Assembly: GCA_964410875.1 (NCBI GenBank)
Contig: CAYPIX010000005.1
Span: forward strand, 4,721 to 68,720
Source of the DNA: an uncultured Kofleriaceae bacterium
Lineage (GTDB): Bacteria > Myxococcota_A > Polyangia > Haliangiales > Haliangiaceae
Length of the DNA stretch: 64,000 nt
Direction of reading: 5' to 3'
In this document: piece by piece, positions 39,430-48,897 of the stretch
Layout of the letters: each line of letters opens with the position of its first letter
How positions within the stretch are numbered: the first letter of the stretch is position 1
Program-made: the position numbers and the translations under genes
The notes under the pieces: generated by a model
Told to the model about the DNA's origin: nothing
What the model saw: the letters and a program-made list of their open reading frames with translations, nothing else
The model's database searches: none

Positions 39430-41307
39430 TCACACGCTGAGGTTTTGGCCACTTCCCTCTAGCCAAAGTCCTAGTTGAAGCAGTTTGTAGAGCATAAAAC
39501 CGTTGTCGGCTCGCCCAGACTCGTGTTCTGAGATGCATTCGGTCAGAGCATCTGAATCAAGTAACCTAGTCTTCCGTATAGATTCATCGAAAAGCACTTC
39601 CTTAAGAAAGGGAGCCAGCGGCCCGCGCAACCACTCACTTACAGGCACGCCGAAACCAGCCTTAGGGGCGTCTAGGATCTCATCGTTGACGGTTCCCCTT
39701 AACGCCTTCTTTAGGAGGGACTTTTTCTCGCTTCCCCTCACCTTTAAATCCCCTGGCAACCTCATAACGAAGTCTGCAAGCTCCACGTCAAGGAATGGAA
39801 CCCTTACTTCTATACTATTGGCCATAGAAGCCCTATCGACCTTGGGCAAGAAGGTACTTGGCAGCAAGATCTGCATATCCGTATGGAGCATGTGTTGCAC
39901 ATCGCCCAGGGTTTTCAGTTCCAGAGCGGCCTCTTTATACCGAGCGAAGGAATCCCCCTCCTTCAACCTCCGTTGAGCTTGCGAAGAAAACAAACGAAAC
40001 GGCGACCTGCGATGGGACTCAACAGTCAAAAGCATCGCTGAACGCATGGCGCGGTTGGGTTGCAGTAGTGCATCGGCGAATCGAGCAAACCGCTTGCCAG
40101 TGGAGCCCACGTGAAGCCGCGCTGGAAGGAGAGAAGTGACTCTCGCGGCTGCCTTCCAACGTGCCAGCTGACTTAGGACAGCATAACGGCGATATCCACC
40201 GAAGAGTTCATCTCCACCGTCACCCTGAAGAAGAACCTTGACGCTACCGCGAACCGCTTCTGTTGCCAACAACAGGGGAAGGTTGGCTGCGTCGGCAAAT
40301 GGTTGGTCGTGGGCACGCACAAGATCGCCAATAAGACCCGGCAGATTGTCTGCCGACACGCGAACCTCGCTATGATCAGTATTAAATCGTTCAGCGATAG
40401 ATCTTGCCCGTTCGAGTTCCTCCGGCACTCGCTGAAAATCAAACCCGATAGAATACGTTTTTAGCCGGCTTACACGTTCTGCTGCCAAAGCCGTAATCGC
40501 CGAAGAGTCGATTCCGCCACTAAGGAGAATCCCAAGTGGTACGTCACTTACTAAATGGCGATGGACGGCACTCCGCAGATGCCGTGCGACCTCCTCCCCT
40601 GCCTCGACTTCCGTCAAGGGGGCGAAACTTGTTGGAGGAGACCGATAATATCGCTCCTCTTTGAACCCCTCTGAGGAGAAGCGCAATATTCTACCAGGTC
40701 GTAGCGAAAAGATTCCTTTGTAAAAAGACTCGTCCCCAATTTCATTTCCGTAGAAGGAATACTCGCGCATGGCCTGCCAGTTCAGGTCGCGAGACCTGTC
40801 ATCACAGGCAAGCAGGCTCTTGATCTCTGAGCCGAAACGAATCCCTCCTTCAGTTTCTTCGTAATAGAGAGGTTTAATTCCAAAGCGGTCTCTTGCAAGT
40901 AAGAGTTCTTGCTTTTCCACGTCCCAAAGTCCAAAAGCGAACATACCGTTGAAACGCGCGATTGCTTGACTACCCCATTGCATCAAAGATGCGAGCACCA
41001 CCTCGGTATCGGAGTTTGTACGAAAGAGACAACCTAAAGAAATAAGTTCGTCTCGCAGTTCGACAAAATTATATAGTTCCCCATTGTAGGTTAAATGGAA
41101 CCGCCCATTTTCACTTTCCATTGGTTGATGAGCGTGTTCGCTCACATCAATGATGCTCAAGCGGGTATGTCCTAGACATGCGTTTTTGAGCATGGAAGTC
41201 GACGAATTATCTGGACCACGGTGCGTCAGAGAACGCACCATTTTTTCAATAGCCTGTTCCGGTAGCTTCTCGCTACGGTAGTTCACTATGCCGGCAATAC
41301 CGCACAC
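39430..41307 (-). CDS. asnB: Asparagine synthase (glutamine-hydrolysing)
   Basis: 625-aa ORF with N-terminal nucleophile MCGIAG and the PP-loop LLSGGIDSS. Confidence 0.9.
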   Translation of the reverse strand: MCGIAGIVNYRSEKLPEQAIEKMVRSLTHRGPDNSSTSMLKNACLGHTRLSIIDVSEHAHQPMESENGRFHLTYNGELYNFVELRDELISLGCLFRTNSDTEVVLASLMQWGSQAIARFNGMFAFGLWDVEKQELLLARDRFGIKPLYYEETEGGIRFGSEIKSLLACDDRSRDLNWQAMREYSFYGNEIGDESFYKGIFSLRPGRILRFSSEGFKEERYYRSPPTSFAPLTEVEAGEEVARHLRSAVHRHLVSDVPLGILLSGGIDSSAITALAAERVSRLKTYSIGFDFQRVPEELERARSIAERFNTDHSEVRVSADNLPGLIGDLVRAHDQPFADAANLPLLLATEAVRGSVKVLLQGDGGDELFGGYRRYAVLSQLARWKAAARVTSLLPARLHVGSTGKRFARFADALLQPNRAMRSAMLLTVESHRRSPFRLFSSQAQRRLKEGDSFARYKEAALELKTLGDVQHMLHTDMQILLPSTFLPKVDRASMANSIEVRVPFLDVELADFVMRLPGDLKVRGSEKKSLLKKALRGTVNDEILDAPKAGFGVPVSEWLRGPLAPFLKEVLFDESIRKTRLLDSDALTECISEHESGRADNGFMLYKLLQLGLWLEGSGQNLSV

Positions 41308-41329
41308 ACGATGAGGCTAGCACTCGAGA

Positions 41330-41803
41330 TTGCGATGGGGTAGCTTGCGCTCCATGTCGAAAAGCTCTGTCTCCAAGATCTGCGTTGTCGTTGCTAGTTT
41401 GTTCTTCATATCCTGCGGCAGTAGTTCTTCCACTTCGAACCTGCCGGCACCCAGCGACGTGGCGGCGCCACCCGCGGACGCGGAAACCACAGCCAGTGGC
41501 CTTGCTTACAAAGTTCTCAAAACCGGCACCGGCGAGAGCCCTACTCAGGACGACAGAGTAAAAGTTCACTACACAGGTTGGACCACCGATGGGGCCATGT
41601 TCGACAGTTCAGTAGTCCGCGGAGAACCTTCCACGTTTCCGCTAAGCGGCGTGATTGCTGGATGGACCGAAGGGCTTCAACTCATGCAACCAGGTGCCGA
41701 GTTTAGGTTTTGGATACCTGAAGCTCTTGCGTACCAAGGACAAGCTGGCCGACCAGCCGGCACCTTAGTGTTTGACGTGGAGCTCTTAGAAGTCGTCCAA
41801 TAG
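41330..41803 (+). CDS. FKBP-type peptidyl-prolyl cis-trans isomerase (exported)
   Basis: 157-aa ORF with VKVHYTGWTTDGAMFDSS and LVFDVELLEV. Confidence 0.9.
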   Translation: MRWGSLRSMSKSSVSKICVVVASLFFISCGSSSSTSNLPAPSDVAAPPADAETTASGLAYKVLKTGTGESPTQDDRVKVHYTGWTTDGAMFDSSVVRGEPSTFPLSGVIAGWTEGLQLMQPGAEFRFWIPEALAYQGQAGRPAGTLVFDVELLEVVQ

Positions 41804-41808
41804 TTTGC

Positions 41809-41994
41809 GTGCTTCAAACTGAGTCTCAGAACGTGCAGTGCCCCTACTGCTTCGAGTTCGTCGAGTTCGTTATTGACCCAGACACCTCAGGTCAGTTGAT
41901 TGAAGACTGCGAAGTTTGTTGTCAACCATGGGCCGTTGTTGTCAACCGGGACGAGTTCGGAACACTCTCGCTACGAGTCGACCGCGCTCAATAA
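41809..41994 (+). CDS. CPXCG-motif cysteine-rich small protein
   Basis: 61-aa ORF with VQCPYCFE and DCEVCCQPW. Confidence 0.7.
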   Translation: MLQTESQNVQCPYCFEFVEFVIDPDTSGQLIEDCEVCCQPWAVVVNRDEFGTLSLRVDRAQ

Positions 41995-42678
41995 CTACTC
42001 TTCGCTTTTTCCTGAAGATTTAGGGGGCAGCGGTAGTGCAGACGGCGCGCCAAGGCGGCCTAAAACTGGTTGACGCGGTAACGACGTTGTTGTGGTTGTC
42101 GTGCTGGCAACTAGTTCTCTGCGTCGTTTTTCGTTTGTATGATTGGCCGCCGTCGCTGCCCAAATTGCGCAAACCGGCGCCAGGAGTAGAGCCGAACCAG
42201 GAAGGACAGCGGTAGCCATGAGAGCAATCAAAAACATTGTCAAGGCTCCCTGCCCGGTCGAATAAAGCATCCCCAACGGGCCGAATAGAAATCCCAAGGT
42301 AGCGGCTAACCCAACGCTCTTCTCTGGTTTCAATGCCGGCAGATGGTTAGTCACCTGGATTTGGACAGGCGCTTTAAAATCTGAACCGGGAACATCTTGA
42401 GAGCCCTGCCCCTGCTGCCACGATAGCGGTTCTCCACTGGGCGAAGGCCTACCGTTTAAGTCATAGAAAAGCGTTCCGTTCTCATCGACTTCAATAGTCA
42501 AAATCCCCGCGGTGGCCATTCGGTCGAGAAACTCTGTTGCCTCCGATACGCTGCAGCCAATTCGATATGCAGAATAAGTCGGCGTGAGCTGCGCGTCAGT
42601 CTTGTAGAGAAGCTCAAGGCTTCTCGATTCAAATAACTTGTAATCTATCTCGGCCAAATTACGGGTTCCGGGAAGCAA
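41995..42678 (-). CDS. Membrane protein, unknown family
   Basis: 227-aa ORF with a TTG start, a soluble N-terminal ~80 aa and two hydrophobic helices near the C-terminus. Confidence 0.5.
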   Translation of the reverse strand: MLPGTRNLAEIDYKLFESRSLELLYKTDAQLTPTYSAYRIGCSVSEATEFLDRMATAGILTIEVDENGTLFYDLNGRPSPSGEPLSWQQGQGSQDVPGSDFKAPVQIQVTNHLPALKPEKSVGLAATLGFLFGPLGMLYSTGQGALTMFLIALMATAVLPGSALLLAPVCAIWAATAANHTNEKRRRELVASTTTTTTSLPRQPVLGRLGAPSALPLPPKSSGKSEE

Positions 42679-42788
42679 GACACGCCAGCATCATACTTTA
42701 TTCCCGTAAGCCTACGGCATCCCCGTCGACGCCTCAATGAAGGAATGGGTACACCGGAAATTAATTTCCATGAATCCGGAGAGTCGAC

Positions 42789-44186
42789 TTAGCGGCGAGC
42801 AACTACACGTACTTTGATGAGTGAATCCGTGACTGAAACCTCGATTCGACCATTGTAAATGCCAGTGCTTGTCGCGGTGGTTCCGGCGTCCATCATCATC
42901 ATGCCCAGCAGTCTATCTCGGGCGGAATTCGTCTTTGGCGTCTTTGCAACCAACACAAATGGTGACGCTAGGTTTTCAGATTTAGCCTTAAAAACTCGGT
43001 AGTCGCCTTTACCTTTCGCCGAGATTTCCCGGTAATTTCGACGATTGACCTCGGCGTACCTCTTAACCTTCGGTCGACCTTTCGCATGTAAGTGGAGGAC
43101 CGGCATGCTGATACGATTTGGCAAGTTGACCCAAAGGGCTATATCGGCAAAGCCACCCTTGTCCTTGTGAATGGACTGAAGCGTGCCGCTAAGCCGCCTT
43201 GCCATCCTGCCGAGAAACCGCGGGTCTTTTACTTGATGAAGCCAAACGGGTTGATCGCCCTCACCGCTAGGAACCGCGAGTAAATGATCTTTCTGCCAAG
43301 GTGCCGACTCTGCTTTTCGATCACGAATAATCGCGAAGCCAGTATCCTTGCCACCAGCTATTCGGGGCATTTTCAAGAGCGTCTTGGAAAGAAACCGAGC
43401 CCGACCAGAGCTAGGAACAGCCTCAGCGGCAGCGCGCAAGTTTTGCAGTTGGTAGGCCCAGTCTGCCCCGCCCGCTCTTATCGGCATACCCGGCTTGGTT
43501 TTCGCCCCACGCAGAAGCGTTTCAGCAAAGACCCGCGCGACCGCGGGAATCCGAAACAGAGGCGTACCTCCCACTTGCATATCTGCCCGGGCCATCACTT
43601 CTTTCACACCGAGGGCGAGTTCTCTTTTGTCCCTTGCCCTAAGTGTTGCTTCCGTCTCGTTGGCGAACCGCTGCCGTTTTAGCATTCGGCTAAAGCGCTC
43701 ACCTTGTGAAACTTCCAACGAAACAACGGTGACATCGAAGTGTTCGCGAAGGCGCTCGACATTGTGTTGCTCGCGAGCACCATCAACCAACGTCCATTCC
43801 GCCCCCATTTGCTTGATTTTTCGGACTACTCTGTCGGTTAGTAGTCGGGGGTTTTTGGCAAAGTGCTGAGACGCTTTGGCGTCGTTCGCTTGATTCTTTA
43901 CCCAGCCCTTCTCGCTTACGTAACTTCGAACCTGATCGCCAAACGAAGTCCTCCCAGCCTTTGGAATCACCCTCTGGACTGCCTTGGCGAGAGTTGACTT
44001 TCCAGAACCGGGAAGCCCAGCAAACACAACGACCCGTTGCCGCCTCTCACTTTTGCTCACCCGCGGCTGTTTGGTACGGACCCTCGAGCGCTTAATTCCA
44101 CCCGCATATGCGACGGGCGTCGTTAGCAAAGCCCCCCCTAAGGTGAGGGTTATGAGCAGCACTTTTCTTCTTCCCAGACAGAGCAT
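42789..44186 (-). CDS. Signal-anchored P-loop kinase-like domain fused to a HIT-like domain
   Basis: 465-aa ORF with a hydrophobic N-terminus and Walker A FAGLPGSGKSTLAKAV. The C-terminal half has HLLAVP and PVLHLHAKG, resembling a histidine-triad fold with the first His lost. Confidence 0.5.
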   Translation of the reverse strand: MLCLGRRKVLLITLTLGGALLTTPVAYAGGIKRSRVRTKQPRVSKSERRQRVVVFAGLPGSGKSTLAKAVQRVIPKAGRTSFGDQVRSYVSEKGWVKNQANDAKASQHFAKNPRLLTDRVVRKIKQMGAEWTLVDGAREQHNVERLREHFDVTVVSLEVSQGERFSRMLKRQRFANETEATLRARDKRELALGVKEVMARADMQVGGTPLFRIPAVARVFAETLLRGAKTKPGMPIRAGGADWAYQLQNLRAAAEAVPSSGRARFLSKTLLKMPRIAGGKDTGFAIIRDRKAESAPWQKDHLLAVPSGEGDQPVWLHQVKDPRFLGRMARRLSGTLQSIHKDKGGFADIALWVNLPNRISMPVLHLHAKGRPKVKRYAEVNRRNYREISAKGKGDYRVFKAKSENLASPFVLVAKTPKTNSARDRLLGMMMMDAGTTATSTGIYNGRIEVSVTDSLIKVRVVARR

Positions 44187-44439
44187 ACGAAAGAACCAAG
44201 CAAGCCCTATTCCCGACTGAAGACACCTGAACTTCGGGGTTCACCGCTTGTTGCAGCTACCATTAGTCAGAGGGCTACTCCGGTAGCCTGTGACAGAAAA
44301 GGACTATCCTTGGTTGGAGATCTCTCCTGTCGCTACCTTGCAGGACCAAGGGGAAATGAACGTGGGAGTGGTCACATCAAAGCGTTGTTTCCTGGAGGAG
44401 AGGTAGCGTTTTTGTCTTTTCGCATGGGACACTTTACCC

Positions 44440-45249
44440 ATGCGAAACCGTTCAATCAGACAGGTTTATCTCGTACTAGCGGCGGCTCTTTCTTCCGGCT
44501 GCATAACATCTGGTAACTACCACTCGGCAAAAGTCTTGGAGCCTGGAGAGTCTTCCTTTGGCGTAACGGCCTCTGTATTCTCAGTTGGGACGCCCGACGG
44601 TGGTCGCATAGCTCTCCCCAATCTAATTCCAGAAATTACCTATCACGTGGGCGTAGCCGACAATCTCGAGATTGGTGGCCGTGTCGCGCTGGGCTCTCTC
44701 GCCCTTGGCCTAGACGCGAAGTACCGTTTTTACCAAAGCGATTCACTCCATCTTGCGGTGGCACCCGGTCTGGACTACCAGGCCGCTTTCGTTGTGCAGG
44801 GCATAACGGCAAAACTGCCGGTGGTAGCGACCTTCGACTTAAGTCCTAATTTCGGCGTAAACATAGCACCAATCGGTACCTTCACCCGATACAGCGAAAC
44901 CGACGCAGATTTTGGCGATCTCGGTGGCAGTCTTTTTGGAATCGGCGGAGCGCTGAGCTTCGACATTCGCGGAGAAACATTTGTGCTGCGCCCCGGTGTG
45001 GAATACACGCGCTACACCGCTCGAATTGACTCCGACAGTATCGATGATTTCGACGCCGTTGACGTCTTCAGCTTTTTCATTCACGGCTCCTTTATCCGCG
45101 GCCGCGAAAAACAACAGCTAAACCGTATCGAAAACAAGCTCGACCGCGTATTGGACGAGCGGCAACCGCGAGACCCCAACTACGCACCGTATCCACCGCC
45201 TGCGCAGAATCCGCCCCCTCCACCACCACGACAGAACCCATACCTGTAA
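44440..45249 (+). CDS. Lipoprotein with a beta-rich body and a Pro-rich tail
   Basis: 269-aa ORF with lipobox LSSGC and C-terminus YPPPAQNPPPPPPRQNPY. Confidence 0.55.
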   Translation: MRNRSIRQVYLVLAAALSSGCITSGNYHSAKVLEPGESSFGVTASVFSVGTPDGGRIALPNLIPEITYHVGVADNLEIGGRVALGSLALGLDAKYRFYQSDSLHLAVAPGLDYQAAFVVQGITAKLPVVATFDLSPNFGVNIAPIGTFTRYSETDADFGDLGGSLFGIGGALSFDIRGETFVLRPGVEYTRYTARIDSDSIDDFDAVDVFSFFIHGSFIRGREKQQLNRIENKLDRVLDERQPRDPNYAPYPPPAQNPPPPPPRQNPYL

Positions 45250-45317
45250 TTTCAGGGACATAAGACTGTCATCGAAAATGACTTTCTATTTCAAAAACAG
45301 TCCTGCAGACTCTCGAA

Positions 45318-46478
45318 ATGGAAAGAACTCTCTCTCTCTGGGGCGTGGCTATTTTGGCCGCGTCTTGCGGCGGTGAAACCAGCACACCCTTACCCCCCAA
45401 CACCGGCGACGCACTTGCGACCTACGCCAGTATTGCAGCGGCAAACTACGAGGATTCCGTCACCGCAGCAAGGACCCTCGATCAAGCGGTTAACGCATTT
45501 ATCGCCACGCCTTCCTCGCTATCCCAGCAGGTAGCTCAAAGTGCATGGCTAGATTCCCGAGAGCCCTACCTAGAGACTGAAGTCTTCCGCTTCTATGACG
45601 GACCTATAGACAACCCGGCCAACGGTCCAGAAGGACTTATCAACGCATGGCCTCTTGATGAAGCATATATTGACTACGTCGCCGGAAACAACGGAGCCGG
45701 GATTATCAATGATGGGACGACGTCCATCGATATTGATACGTTGGTCAATCTAAATGAAAATGGCGGCGAAGAAAATATCGCGACCGGTTTTCACGCAATT
45801 GAATTTCTTCTTTGGGGGCAAGATCAAAATACTGCCGGTCCTGGTCAGAGACCAGCAACAGACTATAGTGTCGTAGGAGGGACCGCATCAAACCAAGCCA
45901 GACGAGCCCAATACCTAGCAACGGTATCAACTCTTCTTGTGGCAAACCTTCAATCGGTATCCGAGGAATGGTCAAATAACGGCGCCTACCGAGCGACATG
46001 GAGCACTATAGGCGATGAGGAAGGACTCCGACGCGTCCTGACGGGCATGATCATTCTCTCCGGTTTTGAAACTGGTGGCGAAAGACTGCAAACCGCTCTG
46101 GATTCAGGAGATCAAGAAGACGAGCATTCTTGCTTCAGTGACAATACCCACCGCGACATGATCCAAGATATTCAGGGCGTTCTCAATGTTTGGGACGGAA
46201 ACTACCTGCGTCTCGACGGCTCTCCAATAGCCGGTACCGGCATCGGTGATGTGGTTCGCGCAGCCGACCCAGCGCTAGCAGACACTCTCGACGCTCAAAT
46301 AGCTGTAAGCCTTGCCGCAGCTAACGCCTTAGTACCTCCATTCGATAACGAGATTGCTCCGGGCAATACGGAGGGCCGAGCACGGGTTCAATCTTTGATT
46401 GACGCTCTTCGTGCTCAAGAGCGTTCGCTTCAAGAGGTCTTTCGTCTCTTCGACCTTTCGATCCCTTCGCCGGAATAA
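45318..46478 (+). CDS. Imelysin-family lipoprotein (IrpA/peptidase M75-like)
   Basis: 386-aa ORF with lipobox LAASC and the imelysin signature GFHAIEFLLWGQD. Confidence 0.8.
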   Translation: MERTLSLWGVAILAASCGGETSTPLPPNTGDALATYASIAAANYEDSVTAARTLDQAVNAFIATPSSLSQQVAQSAWLDSREPYLETEVFRFYDGPIDNPANGPEGLINAWPLDEAYIDYVAGNNGAGIINDGTTSIDIDTLVNLNENGGEENIATGFHAIEFLLWGQDQNTAGPGQRPATDYSVVGGTASNQARRAQYLATVSTLLVANLQSVSEEWSNNGAYRATWSTIGDEEGLRRVLTGMIILSGFETGGERLQTALDSGDQEDEHSCFSDNTHRDMIQDIQGVLNVWDGNYLRLDGSPIAGTGIGDVVRAADPALADTLDAQIAVSLAAANALVPPFDNEIAPGNTEGRARVQSLIDALRAQERSLQEVFRLFDLSIPSPE

Positions 46479-46480
46479 GT

Positions 46481-47887
46481 TTGCTTCGAAAAAGAGTAAA
46501 GACCACCCTGTTTTGGGTTCCAATCGCCATTTTGGTTTTGGGTAGCTGTGAAAGTAGCAGTCAATTTTCGTCTTATCAGAATGGTGAAGAGTTACCCGGC
46601 GGCTCAACTACCAATACACTTTTGTTTGGCAGCAATGCCTTCACGCTTCCGGTGGAAAACATATCCGTTGAGAACGAACCGCTGTTTTTCTCGGGCAATG
46701 GTTTTTTTAATCAGCCTTGGGTGGAGGCGCCGGCAAGTACGGAATCGCGTGACGGGCTTGGCCCCCTATTCAATGCTCGTTCGTGTGCCGCCTGCCACTT
46801 CAAGGATGGCCGGGGAGCCCCACCGCTCACGCCAGAAGAGAGTTTTGTCGCGCTGCTTCTGCGGCTAAGTGTACCGGGCACCGATGAGCACGGAGGGCCC
46901 TTACCCGACCCATCTTACGGTGGACAGCTACAACCGTTTTCTAACCCCGGGGTTCCAACCGAAGGTACTCCTTTGTTGCGAACGTCCGTGGTCACAGGTC
47001 AGTTTTCCGACGGAACATCGTACGATCTGTTAGAGCCCAGCTACTCCGTAGCCGAGTTAGCCTACGGTCCTTTATCGGACGACATTCTGACCTCACCTCG
47101 TGTCGCGCCAGCAATGGTTGGTCTTGGACTCTTAGAGGCCATACCAGCGAGTGCTTTGGAATCCCTTGCCGATCCAAACGATAATGATGGAGATGGAATT
47201 TCCGGGCGAGTCAATCGAGTTTGGGATGTGGAGCGCCAGACAAGGGTGGTGGGCAGATTCGGTTGGAAAGCGGAACAACCGACCATCAAGCAACAATCCG
47301 CTGGAGCTTTCCTCGGCGATATTGGAATCACGACATCGCTCTTCCAAAGCCAAAGCTGCACCTCGGCCCAAGTAGATTGCAACTCCGCTATTAGTGGAGG
47401 CGCTCCTGAGCTTTCGAACGAACTATTGCAAAGAGTTGACGTTTACAGCCGCCTCCTCGCTGTTCCCGCCCGCGATCGTTTCAAAGGCGAAGACGTTCTT
47501 CGCGGCAAGGCACTCTTCTACGAAATAGGTTGCGCCGCGTGCCATACACCAAACCATGAAACGGGCGAGTCAGACCTTATAGAGCTAGAAAACCAGTCTA
47601 TTTGGCCATACACGGATCTCCTGCTCCATGACATGGGCCCAGAACTCGCTGACAACCGCCCCGTCTTTGATGCGTCGGGTTCGGAGTGGCGTACACCGCC
47701 TCTTTGGGGACTGCGTTTCTACACCACAGTCAATGGACACAACAGACTTCTTCACGATGGTCGGGCTCGAGGCGTTACTGAAGCGATTCTATGGCACGGT
47801 GGAGAGGCAAGCCAGTCAAAGACCGTATTCAAAGAGCTCGAAAAGTCCGACCGTAACTCCTTAGTCCATTTTGTGGAGTCTTTATGA
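46481..47887 (+). CDS. Di-haem oxidoreductase (DUF1111, putative peroxidase)
   Basis: 468-aa ORF with lipobox VLGSC, two CAACH motifs and WRTPPLWGL. Confidence 0.8.
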   Translation: MLRKRVKTTLFWVPIAILVLGSCESSSQFSSYQNGEELPGGSTTNTLLFGSNAFTLPVENISVENEPLFFSGNGFFNQPWVEAPASTESRDGLGPLFNARSCAACHFKDGRGAPPLTPEESFVALLLRLSVPGTDEHGGPLPDPSYGGQLQPFSNPGVPTEGTPLLRTSVVTGQFSDGTSYDLLEPSYSVAELAYGPLSDDILTSPRVAPAMVGLGLLEAIPASALESLADPNDNDGDGISGRVNRVWDVERQTRVVGRFGWKAEQPTIKQQSAGAFLGDIGITTSLFQSQSCTSAQVDCNSAISGGAPELSNELLQRVDVYSRLLAVPARDRFKGEDVLRGKALFYEIGCAACHTPNHETGESDLIELENQSIWPYTDLLLHDMGPELADNRPVFDASGSEWRTPPLWGLRFYTTVNGHNRLLHDGRARGVTEAILWHGGEASQSKTVFKELEKSDRNSLVHFVESL

Positions 47888-48897
47888 AACCCATAACTCT
47901 TTCGTTTTTGCTCTACACCCTTGGCTGTACCAGCAGTGCACCTACGACACAAACTGAACTGTTAAGTTCCTGGGGCCAAGAAGTGATCTTGCCGACTTAT
48001 TCTCTTTTCAAAGAACGGACCGACGAGCTCTCAACAACGACCTCTAGATTATGCGAGGGCCCCGACGACCAAAGGCTACAAGAGGCTCGAAACGCTTGGC
48101 TTCGAGCGCGAGCACCCTGGAAGCAAATGGAAGTATTCGCTTTCGGCCCTTACGAGGAAGCTCCACTTAGACTTGGGCCCAAAATCGACTTTTGGCCAGT
48201 ACGAGAAAGTTCTATCGTCTCTGTTCTGGCAGGAGTAAACACGATCGAGCCAAAAGCACTCGGAGCGCCAGCAAAGGGCCTTCCCGTAATTGAGTATTTA
48301 CTCTTCCGTGAAGGCGCCCTCGAAGAACTCATTGGTACTCCAAGATCTTGCCAATACCTTCAAGTTCTTACCGTAGACCTCAACGAAAACGCGTCTTCGA
48401 TGATAGACGCGTGGTCTCCATCGAAGGGCAACTACTTAGGCGAACTAAAAGACGCAGATGGAGGTATTTTTGATGACACACATGCGGCGCTCAGCGAGGT
48501 CGTTAACCGTATGGCTTTCACTGTGGAAAATATTCGTTCCGATAAACTCAGCGTCTCGGCTGAGGACGTAGAATCGAGATACAGTGGGCGCTCGATCGAC
48601 GATATACGGGACAATATCACTGGAATTGAAAGGCTCTACTTTTCTACAGGCGCTTCCCTGAGTAGCTATGCAAAAGAACGAAGCCACAATTTTGATGATC
48701 TAATGCGAGCTAACCTGGAGACCGTGCGGTTGGCCCTCGATCGTATTCCGGAACCGCTGACCTCCACCATGGCCAGTGATCCGGAAGCTATCGCACCAAG
48801 TTTGGATGCGCTTACATCTCTCCAGCGATTAGTGCAAGTCGACATCATTGGTGCTCTGTCCTTAGCGCCCGCCTTCAACGACAACGATGGTGATTGA
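47884..48897 (+). CDS. Imelysin-family lipoprotein (second copy)
   Basis: 337-aa ORF with lipobox YTLGC and the block GLPVIEYLLF. It overlaps the upstream gene by 4 nt. Confidence 0.7.
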   Translation: MKPITLSFLLYTLGCTSSAPTTQTELLSSWGQEVILPTYSLFKERTDELSTTTSRLCEGPDDQRLQEARNAWLRARAPWKQMEVFAFGPYEEAPLRLGPKIDFWPVRESSIVSVLAGVNTIEPKALGAPAKGLPVIEYLLFREGALEELIGTPRSCQYLQVLTVDLNENASSMIDAWSPSKGNYLGELKDADGGIFDDTHAALSEVVNRMAFTVENIRSDKLSVSAEDVESRYSGRSIDDIRDNITGIERLYFSTGASLSSYAKERSHNFDDLMRANLETVRLALDRIPEPLTSTMASDPEAIAPSLDALTSLQRLVQVDIIGALSLAPAFNDNDGD

